Assembly: GCF_009914755.1 (NCBI RefSeq)
Contig: NC_060938.1
Direction: 5' to 3' (one strand)
DNA from: the human T2T-CHM13v2.0 reference genome, Homo sapiens
DNA: 64,000 nucleotides
Shown here: one piece after another, positions 53,701-64,000 of the stretch
How positions within the stretch are numbered: position 1 is the first letter of the stretch
How the letters are laid out: every line of letters starts with the position of its first letter
The notes under the pieces: generated by a model
Database searches by the model: none
What the model was told of the DNA's origin: nothing
What the model saw: only the letters and a program-made list of their open reading frames with translations
Program-made: the position numbers and the translations under genes

Positions 53701-53921
53701 AGTTTCTGAGAATGCTTCTGTCTAGATTTTATAGGAAGATATTCCCGTTTCCAACGAAATCTTCACAGCTATCCAAATATCCACTTGCAGATTCTACAAA
53801 AAGAGTGTATCAAAACTGCTCTGTCAAAAGGAAGGTTCTTTTCTGTTAGGTGAGTGCATACGTCATAAAGGAGTTTCTGAGAATGTTTCTGTCTAGTGGT
53901 TATGGGAAGATATTTGCTTTT
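41716..53921. repeat. Copy 2 of a ~12.2-kb (9-HOR) block duplication
   Basis: Shares rare alleles with copy 1: ccaactatagacatg, taatcgcgtttcc, ctgccgagattttcaaagaag, ggttaaggg, atacttcaaaaag. Confidence 0.93.
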
Positions 53922-56900
53922 TCACCGTAGGCCTCAGAGCGCTCCAAATATCCACTTGCACATACTACAAAAAGAGTGCCTCAAAGCTGCTCTCTGAAAG
54001 GGAATGTTCAACTCTATGAGTTGAATGCAAACATCACAAAGACGTTTCTGAGAATGCTTCTGTCTAGATTTGATATGAAGATATTCCCGTTTCCAACGAA
54101 ATCTTCAAATCTATCCAAATGTCCACTTGCAGATTCAACAAAAAGTGTTTTTCAAAACTGCTGTATCAAAAGAAAGATCCACCTCTGTTTGCTGAGTTCA
54201 CACATCACAAACAACTTTATGAGAATGCTTCTGTCTAGTTTTTATTTGAAGATATTTCCTTTCTCACCATAGACCTGAAAGCTGTCCTAATGTTCACTTC
54301 CAGATACTACAGAAAGAGTGTTTCAAAACTGCTGTATGAAAGGGAATGTTCAACTCTGTGACTTGAATGCACACATCACAAAGAAGTTTCTGAGGATGCT
54401 GCTGTCTACTTTTTATACGTAATCCCGTTTCCAACGAAATCCTCCAAGCTATCCAAATATCCACTTGCAGATTCTACAGAAAGACTGTTTCAAAACTGCT
54501 CTGTCAATAGAAAGGTTCAACTCTGTTAGCTGTGTGCATATATCCCAAAGAAGATTCTGAGATTGCTTCTGTCTGGTTTTTATTGGAAGATATTTCCCTT
54601 TTCACCGTAGGTGTCAAGGCGCTCCAAATGTCCACTTCCAGATACTACAAAAAGAGTGTTTCAAACCTACTCTGTGAAAGGGAATATTCAACTCTGTGAC
54701 TTGAATGCACATATCACAAGGAAGTTTCTGAGAATGCTTCTGTCGAGATTTTATATGAAGATATTCCCGTTTCCAACGAAATCCTGAAATCTATCCAAAT
54801 ATCCCCTCGCAGATTCTACAAAAAGAGTGTTTCAAAACTGCTCTGTAAAAAGGAAGGTTCAACTCTGTTAGTTGAGTACACACATCACAAACAAGTTTCA
54901 CAGAATGCTTCTTTCTAGCTTGTAGGGGAAGATATTCCCTTTATCACCATGGGCCTCCAACCGTCCGAAACATCCACTTCCATATACTACAAAAAGAGCG
55001 TTTCAAACCTGCTCTATGAAAGGCAATGTTCAACTCTGTGACTTGAATGCAGACATCACAGAGCAGTTTCTGAGAATGCTTCTGTCTAGATTTTATAGGA
55101 AGATATTCCCGTTTCCAACGAAATCTTCACAGCTATCCAAATATCCACTTGCAGATTCTACAAAAAGAGTGTATCAAAACTGCTCTGTCAAAAGGAAGGT
55201 TCTTCTCTGTTAGGTGAGTGCATACGTCATAAAGGAGTTTCTGAGAATGTTTCTGTCTAGTGGTTATGGGAAGATATTTGCTTTTTCACCGTAGGCCTCA
55301 GCGCGGACCAAATATCCACTTGCACATACTACAAAAAGAGTGCTTCAAAGCTGGTCTCTGAAACGGAATGTTCAACTCTATGAGTTGAATGCAAACATCA
55401 CAAAGACGTTTCTGAGAATGCTTCTGTCTAGATTTGATATGAAGATATTCCCGTTTCCAACGAAATCTTCAAATCTATCCAAATGTCCACTTGCAGATTC
55501 AACAAAAAGTGTTTTTCAGAACTGCTCTATCAAAAGAAAGATCCACCTCTGTTAGCTGAGTTCACACATCACAAACAAGTTTATGAGAATGCTTCTGTCT
55601 AGTTTTTATTTGAAGATATTTCCTTTCTCACCATAGAGCTGAAAGCTGTCCTAATGTTCACTTCCAGATACTACAGAAAGAGTGTTTCAAAACTGCTGTA
55701 CGAAAGGGAATGTTCAACTCTGTGACTTGAATGCACACATCACAAAGAAGTTTCTGAGGATGCTGCTGTCTACTTTTTATACGTAATCCCGTTTCCAACG
55801 AAATCCTCCAAGCTATCCAAATATCCACTTGCAGATTCCACAGAAAGGCTGTTTCAAAACTGCTCTGTCAATAGAAAGGTTCAACTCTGTTAGCTGCGTG
55901 CATATATCCCAAAGAAGATTCTGAGATTGCTTCTGTCTAGTTTTTATGGGAAGATATTTCCCTTTTCACCGTAGGTGTCAAGGCGCTCCAAATGTCCACT
56001 TCCAGATACTACAAAAAGAGTGTTTCAAACCTACTCTGTGAAAGGGAATATTCAACTCTGTGACTTGAATGCACATATCACAAAGAAGTTTCTGAGAATG
56101 CTTCTGTCGAGATTTTATATGAAGATATTCCCGTTTCCAACGAAATCCTGAAATGTATCCAAATATCCCCTCGCAGATTCTACAAAAAGAGTGTTTCAAA
56201 ACTGCTCTGTAAAAAGAAAGGTTCAACTCTGTTAGTTGAGTACACACATCAGAAATAAGTTTCACACAATGCTTCTTTCTAGCTTGTAGGGGAAGATATT
56301 CCCTTTATCACCATGGGCCTCCAACCGTCTGAAACGTCCACTTCCATATACTACAAAAAGAGCATTTCAAACCTGCTCTATGAAAGGCAATGTTCAACTC
56401 TGTGACTTGAATGCAGACATCACAGAGCAGTTTCTGAGAATGCTTCTGTCTAGATTTTATAGGAAGATATTCCCGTTTCCAACGAAATCTTCACAGCTAT
56501 CCAAATATCCACTTGCAGATTCTACAAAAAGAGTGTATCAAAACTGCTCTGTCAAAAGGAAGGTTCTTCTCTGTTAGGTGAGTGCATACGTCATAAAGGA
56601 GTTTCTGAGAATGTTTCTGTCTAGTGGTTATGGGAAGATATTTTCTTTTTCCCCGTAGGCCTCAGGGCGCTCCAAATGTCCACTTGCACATGCTACAAAA
56701 AGAGTGCTTCAAAGCTGCTCTCTGAAAGGGAATGTTCAACTCTATGAGTTGAATGCAAACATCACAAAGACGTTTCTGAGAATGCTTCTGTCTAGATTTG
56801 ATATGAAGATATTCCCGTTTCCAACGAAATCTTCAAATCTATCCAAATGTCCACTTGCAGATTCAACAAAAAGTGTTTTTCAGAACTGCTCTATCAAAAG

Positions 56901-59900
56901 AAAGATCCACCTCTGTTAGCTGAGTTCACACATCACAAACAAGTTTATGAGAATGCTTCTGTCTAGTTTTTATTTGAAGATATTTCCTTTCTCACCATAG
57001 ACCTGAAAGCTGTCCTAATGTTCACTTCCAGATACTACAGAAAGAGTGTTTCAAAACTGCTGTACGAAAGGGAATGTTCAACTCTGTGGCTTGAATGCAC
57101 ACATCACAAAGAAGTTTCTGAGGATGCTGCTGTCTACTTTTTATACTTAATCCCGTTTCCAACGAAATCCTCCAAGCTATCGAAATATCCACTTGCAGAT
57201 TCCACAGAAAGACTGTTTCAAAACTGCTCTGTCAATAGAAAGGTTCAACTCTGTTAGCTGCGTGCATATATCCCAAAGAAGATTCTGAGATTGCTTCTGT
57301 CTAGTTTTTATGGGAAGATATTTCCCTTTTCACCGTAGGTGTCAAGGCGCTCCAAATGTCCACTTCCAGATACTACAAAAAGAGTGTTTCAAACCTACTC
57401 TGTGAAAGGGAATATTCAACTCTGTGACTTGAATGCACATATCACAAAGAAGTTTCTGAGAATGCTTCTGTCGAGATTTTATATGAAGATATTCCCGTTT
57501 CCAACGAAATCCTGAAATGTATCCAAATATCCCCTCGCAGATTCTACAAAAAGAGTGTTTCAAAACTGCTCTGTAAAAAGAAAGGTTCAACTCTGTTAGT
57601 TGAGTACACACATCACAAATAAGTTTCACACAATGCTTCTTTCTAGCTTGCAGGGGAAGATATTCCCTTTATCACCATGGGCCTCAAACCGTCTGAAACG
57701 TCCACTTCCATATACTACAAAAAGAGCATTTCAAACCTGCTCTATGAAAGGCAATGTTCAACTCTGTGACTTGAATGCAGACATCACAGAGCAGTTTCTG
57801 AGAATGCTTCTGTCTAGATTTTATAGGAAGATATTCCCGTTTCCAACGAAATCTTCACAGCTATCCAAATATCCACTTGCAGATTCTACAAAAAGAGTGT
57901 ATCAAAACTGCTCTGTCAAAAGGAAGGTTCTTCTCTGTTAGGTGAGTGCATACGTCATAAAGGAGTTTCTGAGAATGTTTCTGTCTAGTGGTTATGGGAA
58001 GATATTTGCTTTTTCCCCGTAGGCCTCAGGGCGCTCCAAATGTCCACTTGCACATGCTACAAAAAGAGTGCTTCAAAGCTGCTCTCTGAAAGGGAATGTT
58101 CAACTCTATGAGTTGAATGCAAACATCGCAAAGACGTTTCTGAGAATGCTTCTGTCTAGATTTGATATGAAGATATTCCCGTTTCCAACGAAATCTTCAA
58201 ATCTATCCAAATGTCCACTTGCAGATTCAACAAAAAGTGTTTTTCAGAACTGCTCTATCAAAAGAAAGATCCACCTCTGTTAGCTGAGTTCAGACATCAC
58301 AAACAAGTTTATGAGAATGCTTCTGTCTAGTTTTTATTTGAAGATATTTCCTTTCTCACCATAGACCTGAAAGCTGTCCTAATGTTCACTTCCAGTTACT
58401 ACAGAAAGAGTGTTTCAAAACTGCTGTACGAAAGGGAATGTTCAACTCTGTGACTTGAATGCACACATCACAAAGAAGTTTCTGAGGATGCTGCTGTCTA
58501 CTTTTTATACTTAATCCCGTTTCCAACGAAATCCTCCAAGCTATCGAAATATCCACTTGCAGATTCCACAGAAAGACTGTTTCAAAACTGCTCTGTCAAT
58601 AGAAAGGTTCAACTCTGTTAGCTGCGTGCATATATCCCAAAGAAGATTCTGAGATTGCTTCTGTCTAGTTTTTATGGGAAGATATTTCCCTTTTCACCGT
58701 AGGCGTCAAGGCGCTCCAAATGTCCACTTCCAGATACTACAAAAAGAGTGTTTCAAACCTACTCTGTGAAAGGGAATATTCAACTCTGTGACTTGAATGC
58801 ACATATCACAAGGAAGTTTCTGAGAATGCTTCTGTCGAGATTTTATATGAAGATATTCCCGTTTCCAACGAAATCCTGAAATCTATCCAAATATCCCCTC
58901 GCAGATTCTACAAAAAGAGTGTTTCAAAACTGCTCTGTAAAAAGGAAGGTTCAACTCTGTTAGTTGAGTACACACATCACAAACAAGTTTCACAGAATGC
59001 TTCTTTCTAGCTTGTAGGGGAAGATATTCCCTTTATCACCATGGGCCTCAAACCGTCCGATAAGTCCACTTCCATATACTAAAAAAAGAGCGTTTCAAAC
59101 CTGCTCTATGAAAGGCAATGTTCAACTCTGTGACTTGAATGCAGACATCACAGAGCAGTTTCTGAGAATGCTTCTGTCTAGATTTTATAGGAAGATATTC
59201 CCGTTTCCAACGAAATCTTCACAGCTATCCAAATATCCACTTGCAGATTCTACAAAAAGAGTGTATCAAAACTGCTCTGTCAAAAGGAAGGTTCTTCTCT
59301 GTTAGGTGAGTGCATACGTCATAAAGGAGTTTCTGAGAATGTTTCTGTCTAGTGGTTATGGGAAGATATTTGCTTTTTCACCGTAGGCCTCAGAGCGCTC
59401 CAAATATCCACTTGCACATACTACAAAAAGAGTGCTTCAAAGCTGGTCTCTGAAACGGAATGTTCAACTCTATGAGTTGAATGCAAACATCACAAAGACG
59501 TTTCTGAGAATGCTTCTGTCTAGATTTGATACGAAGATATTCCCGTTTTCAACAAAATCTTCAAATCTATCCAAATGTCCACTTGCAGATTCAACAAAAA
59601 GTGTTTTTCAGAACTGCTCTATCAAAAGAAAGATCCACCTCTGTTAGCTGAGTTCACACATCACAAACAAGTTTATGAGAATGCTTCTGTCTAGTTTTTA
59701 TTTGAAGATATTTCCTTTCTCACCATAGACCTGAAAGCTGTCCTAATGTTCACTTCCAGATACTACAGAAAGAGTGTTTCAAAACTGCTGCACGAAAGGG
59801 AATGTTCAACTCTGCGACTTGAATGAACACATCACAAAGAAGTTTCTGAGGATGCTGCTGTCTACTTTTTATACGTAATCCCGTTTCCAAAGAAATCCTC

Positions 59901-60471
59901 CAATCTATCCAAATATCCACTTGCAGATTCCACAGAAAGACTGTTTCAAAACTGCTCTGTCAATAGAAAGGTTCAACTCTGTTAGCTGCGTGCATATATC
60001 CCAAAGAAGATTCTGAGATTGCTTCTGTCTAGTTTTTATTTGAAGATATTTCCCTTTTCACCGTAGGCGTCGAGGTGCTCCAAATGTCCACTTCCAGATA
60101 CTACAAAAAGAGTGTTTCAAACCTACTCTGTGAAAGGGAATATTCAACTCTGTGACTTGAATGCACATATCACAAAGAAGTTTCTGAGAATGCTTCTGTC
60201 GAGATTTTATATGAAGATATTCCCGTTTCCAACGAAATCCTGAAATCTATCAAAATATCCCCTCGCAGATTCTAAAAAAAGAGTGTTTCAAAACTGTTCT
60301 GTAAAAAGAGAGGTTCAACTCTGTTAGTTGAGTACACACATCACAAACAAGTTTCACAGAATGCTTCTTTCTAGCTTGTAGGGGAAGATATTTCCTTTAT
60401 CACCATGGTCCTCAAACCGTCCGAAACGTCCACTTCCATATAGTAAAAAAAGAGTGTTTGAAACCTGCTCT

Positions 60472-61151
60472 ATGAAAGGCAATGTTCAACTCTGTGACTT
60501 GAATGCACACATCACAAAGAAGTTTCTGAGGATGCTGCTGTCAAATTTTTATACGTAATCCCGTTTCCAACGAAATCCTCCAAGCTATCCAAATATCCAC
60601 TTGCAGATTCCACAGAAAGACTGTTTCAAAACTACTCTGCCAATAGAAAGGATCAACTCTGCTAGCTGCGCGCATATATCCCAAAGAAGATTCTGAGATT
60701 GCTTTTGTCTAGTTTTTATGGGAAGATATTTCCCTTTTCACCGTAGGTGTCAAGGCGCTCCAAATGTCCACTTCCAGATACTACAAAAAGAGTGTTTCAA
60801 ACCTACTCTGTGAAAGGGAATATTCAACTCTGTGACTTGAGTGCAGATATCACAAAGAAGTTTCTGAGAATGCTTCTGTCGAGATTTTATATGAAGATAT
60901 TCCCGTTTCCAACGAAATCCTGAAATCTATCCAAATATCCCCTCGCAGATTCTACAAAAAGAGTGTTTCAAAACTGCTCTGTAAAAAGAAATGTTCAACT
61001 CTGTTAGTTGAGTACACACATCACAAACAAGTTTCACAGAATGCTTCTTTCTAGCTTGTAGGGGAAGATATTCCCTTTATCACCATGGGCCTCAAACCGT
61101 CCGAAACGTCCACTTCCATATACTACAAAAAGAGCGTTTCAAACCTGCTCT
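60472..61151. repeat. In-register 4-mer HOR variant (680 bp)
   Basis: Landmark spacing 60472 to 61152 is 680. atgaaaggcaatgttcaactctgtgacttgaatgca continues as cacatcacaaagaagtttctgaggatgctgctg (leading to B4), skipping B2-A2-B3-A3. Confidence 0.92.
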
Positions 61152-62264
61152 ATGAAAGGCAATGTTCAACTCTGTGACGTGAATGCAGACATCACAGAGC
61201 AGTTTCTGAGAATGCTTCTGTCTAGATTTCATAGGAAGATATTCCCGTTTCCAACGAAATCTTCACAGCTATCCAAATATCCACTTGCAGATTCTACAAA
61301 AAGAGTGTATCAAAAGTGCTCTGTCAAAAGGAAAGTTCTTCTCTGCTAGTTGAGTACATACGTCATAAAGAAGTTTCTGAGAATGTTTCTGTCTAGTGGT
61401 TATGGGAAGATATTTGCTTTTTCCCCGTAGGCCTCAGAGCGCTCCAAATGTCCACTTGCACATGCTACAAAAAGAGTGCTTCAAACCTGCTCTCTGAAAG
61501 GGAATGTTCAACTCTATGAGTTGAATGCAAACATCACAAAGACGTTTCTGAGAATGCTTCTGTCTAGATTTGATATGAAGATATTCCCGTTTCCAACGAA
61601 ATCTTCAAATCTATCCAAATGTCCACTTGCAGATTCAACAAAAAGTGTTTTTCAGAACTGCTCTATCAAAAGAAAGATCCACCTCTCTTAGCTGAGTTCA
61701 CACATCACAAACAAGTTTATGAGAATTCTTCTGTCTAGTTTTTATTTGAAGATATTTCCTTTCTCAACATAGACCTGAAAGCTCTCCTAATGTTCACTTC
61801 CAGATACTACAGAAAGAGTGTTTCAAAACTGCTGTACGAAAGGGAATGTTCAACTCTGTGACTTGAATGCACACATCACAAAGAAGTTTCTGAGGATGCT
61901 GCTGTCTACTTTTTATACGTAATCCCGTTTCCAACGAAATCCTCCAAGCTATCCAAATATCCACTTGCAGATTCCACAGAAAGACTGTTTCAAAACTGCT
62001 CTGTCAATAGAAAGTTTCAACTCTGTTAGCTGCGTGCATATACCACAAAGAAGATTCTGAGATTGCTTCTGTCTAGTTTTTATGGGAAGATATTTCCCTT
62101 TTCACCGTAGGCGACAAGGCGCTCCAAATGTCCACTTCCAGATACTACAAAAAGAGTGTTTCAAACCTACTCTGTGAAAGGGAATATTCAACTCTGTGAC
62201 TTGAATGCACATATCACAAAGAAGTTTCTGAGAATGCTTCTGTCGAGATTTTATATGAAGATAT

Positions 62265-64000
62265 TCCGGTTTCCAACGAAATCCTGAAATCTATCAAAAT
62301 AACCCCACGCAGATTCTACAAAAAGAGTGTTTCAAAACTGCTCTGTAAAAAGAAAGCTTCAACTCTGTTAGTTGAGTACACACATCACAAACAAGTTTCA
62401 CAGAATGCTTCTTTCTAGCTAGTAGGGGAAGATATTCCCTTTATCACCATGGGCCTCAAACCGTCCGAATCGTCCACTTCCATGTACTACAAAAAGAGCG
62501 TTTCAAACCTGTTCTATGAAAGGCAATGTTCAACTCTGTGACTTGAATGCAGACATCACAGAGCAGTTTCTGAGAATGCTTCTGTCTAGATTTTATAGGA
62601 AGATATTCCCGTTTCCAACGAAAACCTGAAATCTATCCAAATAACCCCTCGCAGATTCTACAAAAAGAGTGTTTCAAAACTGCTCTGTAAAAAGAAAGGT
62701 TCAACTCTGTTAGTTGAGTACACACATCACAAACAAGTTTCACAGAATGCTTCTTTCTGGCTTGTAGGGGAAGATACTTCGTTTATCACCATGGGCCTCA
62801 AACCGTCCGAAACGTCCACTTCCATATACTAAAAAAAGAGTGTTTGAAACCTCCTCTAAGAAAGGCAATGTTCAACACTGTGACTTGAATGCAGACATCA
62901 CAGAGCTGTTTCTGAGAATGCTTCTGTCCAGAGTTTATAGGAAGATATTCCCGTTTCCAGCGAAATCTTCACAGCTATCCAAATATCCACTTGCAGATAC
63001 AAAAAAACAGTGTATCAAAAATGATCTGTCAAAAGGAAAGTTCTTCTCTGCTAGTTGAGTACATTCGTCATCAAGAAATTTCTGAGAATGTTTCTGTCTA
63101 CTGGTTATGGGAAGATATTTGCTTTTTCCCCTTAGGCCTCAAAGCGCTCCAAATGTCAATTTGCACTTACTACAAAAAGAGTGCTTCAAAACTGCTCTCT
63201 GAAAGGGAATGTTCAACTCTATGAGTTGAATGCAAACATCACAAAGACGTTTCTGAGAATGCTTCTGTCAGATTTGATATGAAGATATTCCCGTTTCCAA
63301 CGAAATCTTCACACCTATCCAAATATCCACTTGCAGATACTACAAAAAGTGTGTATCCAAAGTTCTCTGTCAAAAGGAAAGTTCTTCTCTGCTACTTGAG
63401 TACATACGTCATAAATAAGTTTCTGAGAATGTTTCTGTCTAGTGGTTATGGGAAGATATTTGCTTTTTCCCCGTAGGCCTCAAAGCGCTCCAAATGTCAA
63501 CTTGCACATACTACAAAAAGAGTGCTTCAAAGCTGCTTTCTGAAAGGGAATGTTCAACTCTATGAGTTGAATGCAAACATCGCAAAGACGTTTCTGAGAA
63601 TGATTCTGTCTAGATTTCATATGAAGATATTCCTGTTTCCAACGAAATCTTCACAGCTATCCAAATATTCACTTGCAGATACTACAAAAAGAGTGTATCA
63701 AAAATGCTCTGTCAAAAGGAAAGTTCTTCTCTGCTAGTTGAGTACATACGTCATAAAGAAGTTTCTGAGAATGTTTCTGTCTAGTGGTTATTGGAAGATA
63801 TTTGCTTTTTCCCCGTAGGCCTCAGAGCGCTCCAAATGTCCACTTGCACATGCTACAAAAAGAGTGCTTCAAAGCTGCTCTCTGAAACGGAATGTTCAAC
63901 ACTATGAGTTGAATGCAAACATCACAAAGACGTTTCTGAGAATGCTTCTGTCTAGATTTGATATGAAGATATTCCCGTTTCCAACGAAATCTTCAAATCT
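62265..64000. repeat. Dimer-periodic degenerate HOR segment: (B1-A1)x2 followed by (B2-A2)x3
   Basis: Boxes at 62265, 62607, 62949, 63289, 63631 and 63973. Hybrids are B2/B1 at 62607 and B3/B2 at 63289 and 63631. Many private SNVs are present. Confidence 0.88.

Larger units (their letters stand above)
1..64000 (-). repeat. Alpha satellite (alphoid) centromeric array, ~171-bp monomers in an 8-mer HOR (1364 bp), dimeric A/B organisation, SF2-like; possibly D14Z9/D22Z1
   Basis: Alphoid motifs (ttcaactctgtgacttgaatgca, gtttctgagaatgcttctgtc, tccacttgcagattctacaaaaagagtgtttc) recur every ~171 bp. The landmark atgaaaggcaatg recurs mostly at 1364-bp spacing (10728, 12092, 13456; 33214, 34578, 35942, 37306, 38670). 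A CENP-B box occurs in every second monomer. The chromosome assignment comes from recall and is only about 0.55 certain. Confidence 0.99.

Noticed and set aside
74-63737. About 120 short ORFs (65-137 aa) such as MKGNVQLCDLNAD... and MLQSCSLKGNVQ...
   Set aside because: They are periodic translations of satellite monomers, opened and closed by random SNVs and often using non-ATG starts. There is no gene structure or sign of coding constraint. They were useful only as variant markers.
1-64000. CRISPR-like regular recurrence of a conserved 17-25 bp motif
   Set aside because: The intervening sequences are homologous satellite rather than unique spacers. The motif is the CENP-B box and no cas genes are present.
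1-64000. Transposon insertion (L1/Alu) or inversion within the array
   Set aside because: Landmark spacings are fully explained by whole monomers and small indels. All boxes lie on the same strand. No poly-A tail, target-site duplication or non-alphoid tract was seen.

Overview
The whole 64 kb window is primate (most likely human) centromeric alpha satellite, with no genes, transposons or inversions visible. It holds about 375 head-to-tail ~171-bp monomers arranged as an 8-monomer higher-order repeat (HOR) of 1364 bp. CENP-B-box monomers (B1-B4) alternate with pJalpha-type monomers (A1-A4). The canonical CENP-B box reads on the minus strand (TTTCGTTGGAAACGGGA). The dimeric pattern and box variant point to suprachromosomal family 2. 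An SF2 8-mer fits the chr14/chr22 live array (D14Z9/D22Z1), but that assignment is tentative. All ORFs are periodic translations of the satellite. I found no new coding system; what is interesting is the array's structure and history. (1) An odd-numbered (5-mer) rearrangement at ~2720 carries microhomology and a templated inverted insertion forming a perfect 9-bp hairpin. (2) In-register 4-mer variants sit at ~30.2 kb and ~60.5 kb. (3) The HOR collapses into dimer repeats at 62.3-64 kb, with breakpoints in CENP-B boxes. (4) A ~12.2-kb block is duplicated 27,936 bp away, with several nested smaller duplications. (5) Two HOR sub-lineages are interleaved as a mosaic. (6) Allele patterns suggest local gene conversion after duplication.
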